Shown here: piece by piece, positions 35,545-46,947 of the stretch
How the letters are laid out: every line of letters begins with the position of its first letter
Position numbering within the stretch: position 1 is the stretch's first letter
Assembly: GCA_963765895.1 (NCBI GenBank)
Contig: CAVXZB010000012.1
Location: forward strand, 1-64,000
Direction: 5' to 3'
Source of the DNA: an uncultured Nitrososphaeraceae archaeon
GTDB taxonomy: Archaea > Thermoproteota > Nitrososphaeria > Nitrososphaerales > Nitrososphaeraceae
Length of the DNA: 64,000 bases
The notes under the pieces: model-generated
What the model saw: only the letters and a program-made list of their open reading frames with translations
Told to the model about the DNA's origin: nothing
Database searches by the model: none
Position numbers and translations under genes: made by a program

Positions 35545-35772
35545 ATGAATAACATGAAGAGCTTTAACGATTGGTGGGGGACTGTTCCAGAAGATCTTCG
35601 ATATAAGTCACGTAAGGGAGATGAAGTAAACAAACCATTGCTAAACCAGGTTAACTATGTCCTTTTAAATCTTCATATGGCTGGAAAGCATGATGCAAAG
35701 CCAACTCATGAAGAGCTAAGAGATTGGCTGCATAGTGGTCAAGTAGATGTCCTTAGAATAAGTGCGAAGTAG
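35545..35772 (+). CDS. Hypothetical protein
   Basis: Clean 75-aa ORF with globular composition and TATA-like ATATATAT upstream. Confidence 0.65.
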   Translation: MNNMKSFNDWWGTVPEDLRYKSRKGDEVNKPLLNQVNYVLLNLHMAGKHDAKPTHEELRDWLHSGQVDVLRISAK

Positions 35773-36033
35773 CAGCAGAAAAAATTTATTAGCGGTTGCA
35801 CCGGCAAGATATAGCTTACTATCAGCAATACCGAAGAACAAAATAAAGCATAATGGCATTGGCTTTAATTCTATGCCAATGATGGATCTAATTAGTTAGT
35901 TGATAATTTTGTTCCTATAAAGTCTGCCTCATAATATGGATTTTACGTATATACTAATGTAGTAGTGCATGAACTTATTTTTGCAAATTGTATAATATAT
36001 TGACCATAACAAAATCAGAAGTTAATTAGGCAA

Positions 36034-36314
36034 ATGTCTATAGAAATAGAATTGATATAATTAACTCAATCTTAAATACTGCCTATGATAACGAAGTAAA
36101 ACAAATAGAAATCTTAAATAAAGCAAACATTTCTCAAGTAATATTTAAAGGATATTTACCACTATTGCTAGAGTCTGGTTTAATAGAAATTAGACGACAC
36201 ACTGATACTTATAGAACTACTGAAAAAGGAATTCAATTCACAGATATTTACGAGAAAATGAAGGATTTAGTATTATTGAATAATGAAGAGCCCAAAATAT
36301 ATTCAGTATTTTGA
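36034..36314 (+). pseudogene. Winged-HTH transcriptional regulator, frameshift just after the ATG
   Basis: YRNRIDIINSIL...ILNKANIS...YLPLLLESGLI...YRTTEKG. Confidence 0.75.
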
Positions 36315-36509
36315 TCAAGATCCATAGAGTCTAAGAGAACCTTAGAATTTTATTATAATGAAATCACTCCAAAGGATATAGACGAGCGTTAATTTTCTGT
36401 ATTTAATACATTGTTAAGAATACATCATAAGTATAATAAAAGTAATGTGATATTTAATTATATTATATAAATAATATAGAGATTATTCAATTAATGAATA
36501 ACTTTCTAT

Positions 36510-36803
36510 ATGACACCAGACAGTTCAATATGCGGCGGGTCTATTGTAAATAAAGAAGTAACAAGGCATTATTGTGAATCTGCTTTAATGACTGCAGTTC
36601 ATATTCTGATTTGTCTGACTGAAGGTAGGAGCCCCGAGGACATAGCCAAGGATTTTGGTGGTAATATCGAATTAGTTTGTGTTTGGATAGATTACATAAT
36701 ATGGATTAACTGGGTTTGTAGAAATACGGTTGACCGAACCTGGGTAGCTTCAGACAGCGGAAGAAGGTGGATTGAAAAATATCATATAATGCTTCACAAA
36801 TAG
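36510..36803 (+). CDS. Hypothetical wHTH-like protein
   Basis: SPEDIAKDF...WVASDSGRRWI pattern. Confidence 0.55.
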   Translation: MTPDSSICGGSIVNKEVTRHYCESALMTAVHILICLTEGRSPEDIAKDFGGNIELVCVWIDYIIWINWVCRNTVDRTWVASDSGRRWIEKYHIMLHK

Positions 36804-36934
36804 CCTCTTCTAGATTTTATTATTGTAAATATATACATTTTGATGCATAAAATCACATAAATCTTAACCGATTGCTTTATACTTCATTAAAAGGCATTTC
36901 TTGAATGCGAAAAGGAGGTAATTTGTAGTCAGAT

Positions 36935-37150
36935 ATGAGCTTGAGATTATCCAATAAAACCCGCAATTACTCTTCATCATCTCCAGTATTCATTTTGTGT
37001 GACAAATGTTACTGGTGCGCAACATATCTTGATAAGAAAAGAAGACCGACACATTATGACTGTCCACAATGTAAAGCTGGAATTGAGCTGTCCAGCTTTC
37101 CTATCATGTCCAACGAATCATTTACTTTTATAATGAAAGACGTGGAGTAG
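36935..37150 (+). CDS. Zn-ribbon protein (possibly 3'-damaged)
   Basis: FILCDKCYWCAT...CPQC...LSSFPI. Confidence 0.65.
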   Translation: MSLRLSNKTRNYSSSSPVFILCDKCYWCATYLDKKRRPTHYDCPQCKAGIELSSFPIMSNESFTFIMKDVE

Positions 37151-37182
37151 AATTACAATTCGGATCCAGATAACGCTAATTC

Positions 37183-37421
37183 ATGAAGAAATGAGCTGAT
37201 TTCTAAAGAGAACGAGAGATGAGCAAGAAAGAGATAGACTAAACCTAGCAATTGTAGCAGCAAACAATCATTATGCTGGGTTGTGTCCTGGAACTGCTAA
37301 CACATTTAGGAAAATGCTGGATTTGTCAGAAGTGACATGGAGTAATGTCGTGATTCCGAATACTGGGGAAACTGTATCTCGTAACACAAAACAAACTAGT
37401 CTATCGGATTTTTTGAAATGA
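37183..37421 (+). repeat. DUF72 3'-end copy A
   Basis: Aligns to 48137-48373 (AIVAANNHYAG..PGTANTFRKMLDLSEV...KQTSLSDFLK). Confidence 0.9.
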
Positions 37422-37524
37422 GATCTAGGTTCAGTTATCCCATACTTATCACATAACACTGAAGATTGTTTTAATTTATAGAATCTCTCAAGAGTTAAAT
37501 ATCCTAATAATTTGTTATTATTAC

Positions 37525-37935
37525 ATGTTAGGAGATCTAATAAGTGAATCGAAAGGCAAGATAACAAGTCAAAGAGTATTGGATGTTGAAGGTGGGATAC
37601 CAAAAATAGAAACTTCTTTCTCAGAAACAGGGAACTATAGAGGTGCAGAGACAACTTCTACTATAACATATTGGTCTACTCCTAGATCTGGTGGAGCGAT
37701 ATATGGTCAAGGTAAAGGGATAGTGATGAGTAAGGATGGACAGGAAATGGCAACCTGGACTGGGCAAGGCATGGGATGATTTACTAACCCAGGAAAGATA
37801 AGATTAACAGGCTCGTTGTTCTTTAGCACATCTTCGACTGGAAAGCTAGCATTTCTTAACAACTTGGTAGGAGTATTTGAATATGAAACAGATGAGTCAG
37901 GAAATACGTCATCCAAAGCATGGGAGTGGAAGTGA
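37525..37935 (+). pseudogene. Hypothetical beta-rich protein with in-frame TGA at 37777
   Basis: The frame continues past the TGA as FTNPGKIR...GKLAFLNNLVGVFEYE...WEWK; consistent with CGA to TGA. Confidence 0.75.
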
Positions 37936-37989
37936 TTGTTGGCAGCAGAATATCCGAAGCATAAAACTAAACGCTAGATGCATAGTATG

Positions 37990-38780
37990 CTAATAAAATC
38001 TTAATTCTTCCATATTTAACTTGTCTTTAATATTCGTAAAATAATCTACAATTTTATCCCTGTTGTATTTCTGTAATTTTTCAAACCTGGATACGTCATC
38101 AAACGTCTCTTTATCATTTGATACATAATCAAGTCCTTGTTCCAGCACCATATCAAACATTTCTCGATTTGTTAACGCTTGATAAAGATATTGTTTATTT
38201 TTTATTTGAACAGCAGATGAATCTTTTCTGGCTACTGCAAGGGCAATTTCCACAGTGAAGGCAGCCAATTTAAACAGATCTAGAACGTTAAACCTTGCAT
38301 CCGATCCTTTTTCATTCTCGTAGGGACATTACAATATTTTTCTGACCTTGTCTGTTTTCTGGCATATAACTACCGAAATACTTCTTATTTAATTTCTTAG
38401 TTACTGGATCTTGCCAGTAAGCATAGTAGTAAGGACCATGCTGATCATGATGACAGTTGGCTTTTTTACATTTGACATATTCTTTTCTTATCGTTGCATT
38501 TCCAGGTATTGCCTTGAGTCTACCAGCACAAGCCAAATCTATTGCTTTAACTTTGTTTATGAACTTGGTTGACCTCTCAATTCTTTTCTTAGCATTTGCA
38601 AGTACTTTTTGTAACGAAGTTCGCTTATGTCCAAAAGGAGACTTACTCCAACCAGGCAGCTTCTCATGGTTGTTCTCTTTATAAAACCACGCTAGCTCAT
38701 TAAAGTGTGATGCAGGACTAGAAGAGTTGTCATTATGATTATTGTCGTTAGATAGATTATGATAGATTATGATATCTGCC
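37990..38780 (-). pseudogene. DUF6788-like protein, frameshifted
   Basis: TIRKEYVKCKKANC..HGPYYYAYW...KKYFG; frame open upstream of 38536; tail in the 37990-38268 frame. Confidence 0.6.
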
Positions 38781-38874
38781 TAAACGCCTTGTATTAGTCA
38801 ACTCTTACAATTATTTAGCATATCCTTATGAAGTTACCTTTACTATCATTATTCGTAATTTCTTCCTCAGTTAA

Positions 38875-39232
38875 TTATATTAGATCAACTAGGTATATTA
38901 CAAAATGAAATCTAGTCACATATAAACAAGCTAGCGTTAAATTGCAACGTCCTTTGAATATCTCCCATCGTTTCCTCCTGACCTCTTCTATTCCATCAAT
39001 GCACTGTTTGTAATAATACGCCAAATCAGACTTTGCTAGATCAAACACAAATCGTTGCGACAACTGTTTTAAAAACTTTGACTTCCCTACTGATAGTTGA
39101 TTGGTCTATCTTTAATTCAAGTGCTATTTCAGTTTCTGTCATTGACTGTGCTAGAGTTCCAACTTTTCTGCATCTATCTTCAATTTTGAAATTATGCGTT
39201 ACCAAGATTGTTATATGCATTGTTCTATTCAT
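38875..39232 (-). pseudogene. HTH protein of a multicopy mobile-element family (possible terminase small subunit)
   Basis: LAQSMTETEIALELKIDQSTISREVK, then SQRFVFDLAKSDLAYYYKQCIDGIEEV in another frame. Confidence 0.7.
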
Positions 39233-39558
39233 GAAAGTTATGTTTATGCATTTTGAGGTAGTGATAATTACTACAATATAATAATATTGGGGAATATCCT
39301 ATTATCACGTATTTTGAACTAATATATTCATATCGCTATCCGATAAACTTATGATATTATCTTTCTGCTCGTCTAAAGCAAAGTCACTTATCTGGACATT
39401 AGACTCCTTTTACATTTCCACTAATTTTTACTAATCTTTTGCCCATTTTCATCCAATTTGATAGATCGATGATGGATTCTACCAACTCCTCTCCCTTATT
39501 GGTTAATCTATATTCTACCCTTGGAGGGATTTCATTGTATGCTTACTTCTTTCGTAAG

Positions 39559-39789
39559 ATGAATAAATCTCTAGTTATTGCAACGGTTATTGCAACTGTT
39601 GCAGTAGGTATGATAGCGTCAGCAGCAGTAATTGGAGCCATTAGCCAAGTAGCCCATGCGGGGCCAGGAAGTTGTCCGAAGTGCTTCCACCATCATCATC
39701 ACCATCATCATCATCATCATCACCATCATCATCACCATCACGACGGACACCACGGCGGTCATGGCATTTGTCCGCCGAGGTGTGCCTGA
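39559..39789 (+). CDS. Secreted poly-histidine / Cys mini-protein
   Basis: MNKS plus hydrophobic signal ending AHA; mature GPGSCPKCF-H18-DGHHGGHGICPPRCA; mixed CAT/CAC codons; T-tract after the stop. Confidence 0.8.
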   Translation: MNKSLVIATVIATVAVGMIASAAVIGAISQVAHAGPGSCPKCFHHHHHHHHHHHHHHHHHHDGHHGGHGICPPRCA

Positions 39790-40019
39790 TAGGCAGACCT
39801 CCCACCTATTTTTTGAAATAACATCAAGTCAAACTGTCTAACCATTTTTTTATAACTTATTTTTGTATTTTGTTGTGAAGTCATGGATGGACGATTATTA
39901 TATTGATGAGTATGAAGTATATTAGATAAGAATCAGATAGGTAATCCTTAACTACCGCATTAACCAAGTCAATGCTCCAATTATGACATTACAAATCCGA
40001 ATCAGTTGTAAAGAAGAGT

Positions 40020-40133
40020 TTGAAGTGTAAGCACTGCGGTATGCCACAAACAGGAGTGTATCTAACGTTAGACGGCAAACAATTCGCATGGGTTGACTCG
40101 TGCATTCCTAACCAAGCACATGAGTTTGTGTAA
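40020..40133 (+). CDS. 37-aa Zn-binding microprotein
   Basis: TTG start; MKCKHCGMPQTGVYLTLDGKQFAWVDSCIPNQAHEFV (CxxC...C...H). Confidence 0.5.
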   Translation: MKCKHCGMPQTGVYLTLDGKQFAWVDSCIPNQAHEFV

Positions 40134-40174
40134 TACAATACTGCTTTTATCCTCGTTTTTTATCTATCCTCTTC

Positions 40175-40558
40175 TTGGACAGATGTAAAGGATTTTGTAA
40201 AGAAGAAGCGTTCTCTGTAAAGAAACTGCTGGTAGATTTTCAATACACGTATTTTATGTCTGAGTTGAAGAGAAAGGTAGCAGTTCACTATGCCAGACCT
40301 CCACGTATAATCAACAAATACACTTACAAACATAAGCAAGCAGGACTCAAATGCTGTAAGTCATATGAATACATAACTGCTGAACCTATATCATTATCAT
40401 GTTGTCCATGTTATTCATTCCAATATTCTACACAAATACATGATAATAAGCGAGATAGACTGTTGAGAACAACAGGAAGCATTACTAAACAAACAGCACC
40501 AGCAAAGCGTCCTATTCCAATGCATGAGATAATAATATGGCATGAAACTACAACTTAA
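40175..40558 (+). CDS. Hypothetical basic Cys-containing protein (degenerate Zn ribbon)
   Basis: LKCCKSYEY...CCPC; start uncertain. Confidence 0.4.
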   Translation: MDRCKGFCKEEAFSVKKLLVDFQYTYFMSELKRKVAVHYARPPRIINKYTYKHKQAGLKCCKSYEYITAEPISLSCCPCYSFQYSTQIHDNKRDRLLRTTGSITKQTAPAKRPIPMHEIIIWHETTT

Positions 40559-40675
40559 AAGTCACAGATCTGACGAAAGCAACAGACCATAATGACTAAT
40601 CAGATATTTACATTTGTGAATACGACTATGCCAATAGCGATTTACAACAGAATTACTAGCAATTATCATTTCAAA

Positions 40676-41413
40676 TCACAGCACATTCTTTGCAGACTTT
40701 TTCTCATAGTGATGTAATGCAAGTCTAAAAGCATCGAATATATCGTTGTAGGAAGTTGCCTCCTTGTCTAAAGTTCCTTCCCCTTTCTCCACTGCTGTTC
40801 TTAATGAAGTTATTAGTTTATCAAATTTAGGATTTATTGCAACCAAACCATGATTATCTTCTAAAAGCATTTTAGTATGTAGCAACATCTTTTTGTGCTC
40901 TTGAGCAAAATTAATTGGAATTATAAACATATCATTAGCAGTAGTCCAATCATGATCTGGGAAAGTGTGTTTGTATTCTGCTATTGCTTGATCATAATCT
41001 TCCCTTTCTCCTCGTTGTATCTTTAATGATTTTATGAAGGAAGGATTTGCTGCATCCACGTATATCTTGCTATTCTCTGGTGTAAAGTGAAAGTAATTGG
41101 TCAAATTCCATACGACATTTAACATCTGGTTAAAGTCTGGTCTTTCGAATTGATCTGCATATATTATTTGTATTTGGCCATCGACAAACTGAGTTGCAAC
41201 AACACCAAATGCAGAACTACCATAACCTGGATCTAGACCTAAGGACTTCCTAGCAGCGTATGTAGTATTCAGATTACTTTGATTTCGCATATCTTTTGCA
41301 GTATCATATTCTACACTATATTTTTGACCAAGTTCTATTGCTTTTTCAATATCTTTGGTATGGAATACGTTTCCTATCTTGCCTAAATATTTACTACAAA
41401 TATGAAAATGCAT
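40676..41413 (-). pseudogene. Terminase large subunit C-terminal RNase H-like nuclease domain (ATPase domain missing)
   Basis: GNVF, GLDPGYGSSAFGVV, IYVDAANPSFI, DIFDAFRLAL. Confidence 0.72.
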
Positions 41414-41623
41414 AGGATATGCTTATCATAGGAAAAATACTTATTTTGTAATGAGAATTCCACTGTAGATAACTGTGCTAAGTATTTTGTCAATATCATC
41501 TCATTTTCATTTATTCTCAATCGGTGAAAATATGGATAAAATAGTGATGAATTGGATAATCGTATCTATAATACTCCCGTTATCGTTATTGGATACTGCC
41601 AGCTATTAGAGGGATTAGTAGGT

Positions 41624-42255
41624 ATGGAAGCAAAAGCGAAGATTCTGTTTGTTTTGATTGTAGGCCTAACAATGATAACCTCATCTGTTTTCGCTACTGG
41701 ATTGTCAGTGCTAGCGAAAGAGAATGGAGGCGGTGGTGAAGGAGGAGGAGAAAGTTCTGGCTCTGATTCCGGTGGGGATAGTAGTAGCGGCGATAGTAGC
41801 GACTCAGATAACAGCGGCGGTGGTAGTAATGACAATTCTCCTCATGACGACAAGAACAAGGACAAGATGAGAGGCGATACACAACCAAAACAACAACAAG
41901 ATGATGGGCTTGTTCATATCCCTGAACAGGGTTGGGTAGATGGAAAATGGACTGGAGGCTCTGAGGAGATGTTTAACAAGGGCCCGAATGGTGATGGAAA
42001 AATTCCACCTGGATGTTCTCATGGAGGATGCAGTCCCCTGTCAATGATCAACTGCCACCAAAACAACCTCCAACACTAATACAAGAAATCAACATCATTC
42101 TAAACATACACAAAACCTCGCATTCAAGTCATAAGACAGGAATAAGCAGAACTTGCTATGATGCGCTAAAGGTAGCATGGATGGATAAAGTCTATCGTGG
42201 TCAGAACCAGCAAGTCTATCAATTTCTGAATAGCTGCCTAGGAGTCAAAAGTTAA
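41624..42255 (+). CDS. Secreted Gly/Ser/Asp-rich protein (-1 frameshift in the C run at about 42036)
   Basis: Signal peptide MEAKAKILF...VLA; GGGEGGGESSGSDSGG tract; second frame ends CYDALKVAW...FLNSCLG. Confidence 0.65.
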
Positions 42256-42258
42256 TGG

Positions 42259-42387
42259 CTGGAACTCCTAACACATTCAGGAAAATGTTGGATTTGTCAG
42301 AAGTGAAATGGAATGAGAGTGTTCAAGTCCCCACGGCTGAAGAACTGGTAACACAAAACAAACTATTCTATCAGATTGTTGGAATGA
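42259..42387 (+). repeat. DUF72 3'-end copy B (shortest)
   Basis: GGAACTCCTAACACATTCAGGAAAATGTTGGATTTGTCAGAAGTG...GGTAACACAAAACAAACTATTCTATCAGATT. Confidence 0.88.
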
Positions 42388-42891
42388 GACACAGGGCTCA
42401 AATATCGGGGTATATGACAACGCTGTTGATTCAATTTAGAATATGTTGTCAATTCAAGTGTCTCAATAACGGAATCATCTTCACCAACATAAATGTCATT
42501 ATCCATTACTTCTACAGTCATGATTTCTAATCTCTTTGGCTAAGGCTCGATTAAAGTCTTCTAGATGCGTCTTGCTGCCAGCATACGCTGAGTAGTAAGG
42601 TGTTGTTGCTCCAACTAGTGATGTCTCCATGTTGATTGTGCGTCCATTGTCAGCTACACATTGGGCTGCTCATTGTATACAAAAAATGCGGCTTTAGCGT
42701 TGACAGTAAACATGATAATTTTGGTATAATAAAGCTTTTTTTAACAATTATCTAACATGGCTTAGAAAATTATTAGTATATTAATTTATAGATTAAACTA
42801 GGATCTTATTATTAATCCTAATCACAATGTTTTTATCTCTCATTATTGTTGACGGATTTTAGGTATAGCAAAGCAGTATGCCTAATAGTGA

Positions 42892-44523
42892 GTGACCTAT
42901 GTGGACACAATAATACAGTTAGCAGTTTTGATTGGAGGAACATTAGGTCTGGCAATTCCTTTTGGGCTCTATATTGCCAGAATGATTTCCTTCGAAATGA
43001 GACCATTAGAGAAGACACTTGCTAAGGTAGAGAGTGGGTTCTATAAATTAGTTGGAATTGATGCATCGAAACAGATGACATGGAAACAATATTTCTTTGC
43101 TTTATTTTTGACAAACATGATAGTAGTAGTTTTTATTATTTTAATCCTGACGTTGCAGAATTATTTACCGTCACACCAAAACTTCAAAGGGCTATCATTA
43201 GATTTGGCATTTCATACAGCAATTTCATTTGTGACAGATACTAACCTGCAGCACTATGCAGGAGATCAACAACTTTCCAACCTCTCGCAAATGGTTGCCA
43301 TTACATTTACCCAGTTTGTGGCTCCTGCTTCTGCGATCGTAGCTGCTTTTGCTTTTATTCGATCATTTATTAGAAAGAATTTTGGCTTAGGAAATTTTTA
43401 CATAGACTTTATACGAGTATTAATAACGCTATTACTTCCTGTAGCAGTAGTTTCATCGTTGGTGTTTATGACAACAGGAGTTCCTCAGACTCTTGATACA
43501 ACTGTAACTACACATACTCTGGAAGGGAATAAGCAGGATATTAGGGTAGGCCCAGTAGCTTCTTTACTAGCTATAAAACAACTCGGTAGCAATGGCGGCG
43601 GATTCTATGGTGCTAATTCTGCGCATCCGTTTGAAAATCCCACAGGACTTTCAAATATGTATGAAATGTTTTTGATGCTTGTAATTCCTTTGTCGTTTCC
43701 AATTGCATATGCTAAGCTTATAGGAAAATGGAGAGGGGCGTCGATTTTGGTAGCTATGCTTATATCATTTGGTAGCTTGTTGATAATAGCTTTCACAGCA
43801 ATTAGTGGACCATCATTGCTAGAAACTCGATTTGGTAGTTTTGGTAGTGTGTTGTTTAATATTGTATCACTTACTACTAATACAGGAGCTGTAAATTCCT
43901 CACTTTTGGGAATGTCACCAAATGCAGTAACTTCATTGTTACTTGCCATGTTTGTTCAAGCAATTCCTGGAGCTGTTGGAACAGGAATGATGACTATGAT
44001 TATCTATGTTATTTTGACTTTGTTTATAGTAGGTCTAATGGTGGGCAAAACACCAGAGTTTTTAAGTATGAAGATTAGTCCAAGGGTTATAAAATTATCA
44101 GTATTCATATTTTTGATTCATCCTGTATTAATTTTAATTCCAACTGTAATTGCATTCTCCAGTGGTAATGCTCAGACAATAATGGGAGAAGAAGGAGGAA
44201 AACTAACTCCATTAGGATTTACTCAAACGTTATATGAATATACCTCAGCAGCAGCTAATAATGGTTCTGATTACTTTGGCACTTCGGCAAATACACCATT
44301 TTTTAATGTCTCAACCGCAATAGTAATGTTTCTTGGTAGATATGCCCCTTTAGGCCTGATGCTAGCTATAGCAGGTTCATTTACAATAAAAGATAGAAGA
44401 GAAGTTATAGAACCAATAAAAACGCAAGGACCTTTGTTCATCTCAGTATTGATCGTTATAACCTTCCTGCTCACAGCTCTCACCTTCTTCCCATTCTTAG
44501 TTATAGGACCGTTTTCAATCTAA
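42892..44523 (+). CDS. kdpA: Potassium-transporting ATPase subunit A
   Basis: TNLQHYAG, KQLGSNGGGFYGANSAHPFENPT, LMVGKTPE, YEYTSAAANNGS. Confidence 0.97.
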   Translation: MTYVDTIIQLAVLIGGTLGLAIPFGLYIARMISFEMRPLEKTLAKVESGFYKLVGIDASKQMTWKQYFFALFLTNMIVVVFIILILTLQNYLPSHQNFKGLSLDLAFHTAISFVTDTNLQHYAGDQQLSNLSQMVAITFTQFVAPASAIVAAFAFIRSFIRKNFGLGNFYIDFIRVLITLLLPVAVVSSLVFMTTGVPQTLDTTVTTHTLEGNKQDIRVGPVASLLAIKQLGSNGGGFYGANSAHPFENPTGLSNMYEMFLMLVIPLSFPIAYAKLIGKWRGASILVAMLISFGSLLIIAFTAISGPSLLETRFGSFGSVLFNIVSLTTNTGAVNSSLLGMSPNAVTSLLLAMFVQAIPGAVGTGMMTMIIYVILTLFIVGLMVGKTPEFLSMKISPRVIKLSVFIFLIHPVLILIPTVIAFSSGNAQTIMGEEGGKLTPLGFTQTLYEYTSAAANNGSDYFGTSANTPFFNVSTAIVMFLGRYAPLGLMLAIAGSFTIKDRREVIEPIKTQGPLFISVLIVITFLLTALTFFPFLVIGPFSI

Positions 44524-44723
44524 TGAATAATATGATATTAATGAAGATATTGAAAGACTTTAAAAAGAAAATAAGCCGGTTCGATAAAAAAGATAATGAT
44601 ATGTCTATTTTGAGTAATAACAATAATGATACCAATAACGCTATTAATAAGTAGAGCAATGGAAATGGACATGCCGGTCATAAAATTAAGATTGCATTAG
44701 ATTCCTTAAATCCACGAATAATT

Positions 44724-46923
44724 TTGGATTCACTAACTAAACTTGACCCACGATATCTAGCAAAAAATAATCCGGTCATGTTTACGGTAGAAGCAGGATT
44801 TATAGTAGTCCTTACTATTGCATTGCTTCCAAGTAATATTTCAATAGAATTTGTAAATCAAGGTAAAGCGCTATATTTTCAGACTGCGATAATACTGATT
44901 TTAACCGTCTGGTTTGCAACATTTTCAGAATCATTATCCGAGGCCCAGGCTAGAGCAAGGGTGGATTCTCTTCGTAATCTGGAAAAAGAAGTATCTGCAC
45001 ACAAGATTGTAAATAATGAGAAGGAAGTTACTGTAACTTCAACTAGTCTTAATCCAGGAGACGAAGTAATGGTGTATGCAGGTGAAATAATACCTAGAGA
45101 TGGTCTTGTAAATGATGGTAAAGCATTTGTAGACGAATCAATGATGACAGGAGAATCAAATCCTGTGTTCAAGGAAGAAGGAGATCATGTAATAGGTGGA
45201 ACTAGAGTAGCAAGTGATAAGCTAATAGTAGAAATTACCTCTGAAGCTGGTAGAAGCTTTCTAGATCAGATGGTTAGTCTCATACAGAATGCAACCAGAC
45301 CAAAGACCAAAAATGAAATTGCCTTATCAATGTTACTAGCAGGATTATCTTTAATTTTTATAATGGTAGTTGGAACACTTTTATTCTTTACAGATTTTCT
45401 TGGATTAAAAGCAGATATTGCTACACAAGTGGCTCTACTAGTTGCACTTATGCCTACTACAATTGGTGCGCTACTTCCAGCCATAGGCGTTGCTGGCATA
45501 ACCAGACTAGGAAGGGACAGCATCATCGCAAAATCTGGTAAAGGAATTGAAGCTGCTGGAGATTGCGATGTTTTGATATTAGATAAAACAGGAACAATTA
45601 CTGAAGGTAGTAGAAGTGCTGTAGAATTCATACCTATGAACGAATATACTGAAAAAGATATAGGACAAGCAGCTTTCGCAGCGTCTATCCATGATACAAC
45701 ACATGAAGGCAAATCAATAGTGGATCTTGCAGAAGAGAAAAAGTTTGTTCTGCCTCTTTTAGAAAAAATAATTCCAGCTAGATCCATTCAATTCACTGCT
45801 GAAACCAGATGCAGTGGTATTGAATTTATTGCAAATAAGGATGTTATACTAAATAAGGAGCAAGAAGATGAATTCCGATCATTAGCAAGAGATATCATTG
45901 GTAGTAATAGTAGTAAGGCTACAAGCAGCAGTGACGGGGATAAAAAGGTAGTTAATCCAACAATAAAAGATATTGAAAGAGATGTAGAACGTGCTAGTAA
46001 AAGTAGAGTCCATGATCTACTAATAAAATTAGAGCAGACAAAAGGTGAAGTAAGAATTCTTAAAGGCGCAGTAGATATGATAATCGACTTTACAGGACCG
46101 AATGTAAATCAAGCAGAAATAAAATGGAAAGCACAGGAAATTTCTAAGGTTGGTGGAACACCATTGGCAGTATCTATAAATAATGAAGTAATCGGACTTG
46201 TAGCTCTAAAAGATAATCTAAAAGAAAACATTAGAGAGAGACTAAACGAGGTCCGTTCTACTGGGATAACCACAGTGATGATTACCGGAGACAACCAATT
46301 GACGGCTCAAGTCATTGCCAGAGAAGCTGACGTTGATGAAGTAATAGCTGAAGCAAAACCTGCAGACAAACTAACCAGAGTTGAACAAGAGCAACTAAAA
46401 GGACATGTAATAGGTATGGTAGGGGATGGGACTAATGATGCCCCAGCACTTGCTAAAGCTGATGTAGGATTAGCGATGAACAGTGGAACTGCAACCAGCT
46501 AAAGAAGCTGCAAATATGGTGGATTTGGACTCTGACCCTTCTAATATAATGAAAGTTGTAAAACTTGGCAAACAGCTGCTTATGACACGTGGTGCCATTA
46601 CCACATTTAGCATTGCTAATGATGCCGCCAAATACTTTGCAATTCTTCCAGCAATGTTTGTAGGAACTACTCCCAAATTACAAATGCTAAATATAATGCA
46701 TCTTCACAGTCCTGAGACGGCCATATTATCTACATTAATATTTAATGCTATAATAATACCCGCCCTAATTCCTATCTCATTGAGAGGAGTCAAGTTCAAG
46801 CCAGAGCCGCCGCAAAAGACATTTATAAGAAATATGTTAATTTATGGTTTAGGTGGGGCTGCGTTACCATTTATAGGTATAAAGGCAATTGATACGCTAT
46901 TATCTGCTTTCATTGGTAGGTAA
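44724..46923 (+). CDS. kdpB: Potassium-transporting ATPase subunit B (P-type); +1 frameshift at about 46495, start uncertain
   Basis: [34 protein letters not shown], then [14 protein letters not shown]...[13 protein letters not shown]. Confidence 0.95.
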
Positions 46924-46947
46924 GTATATAGAAATGAGGATGAAGCA

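Noticed and set aside
39439-39841. Longer 116-aa version of the poly-His ORF and the alternative poly-Ile frame (39656-39841)
   Set aside because: The signal peptide starts at ATG 39559; CAT/CAC variation is synonymous only in the His frame
44532-44723. In-frame TAG (44652) between an upstream ATG and kdpB, plus TAG/TGA stops in other genes, as stop-codon recoding
   Set aside because: Stops are of mixed types, mostly single-base changes in decaying genes; TAG and TGA end normal genes here; no pyl/sel genes seen
43605-46676. Antisense ORFs over kdpA/kdpB (and similar ones over ccdA, Vgb, ppx, purP, hflX)
   Set aside because: Shadows of well-supported genes on the opposite strand
2250-46923. 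Programmed ribosomal frameshifting in the split genes
   Set aside because: No slippery heptamers or stimulators; shifts track a GCTGC DNA motif regardless of coding strand, or homopolymer runs
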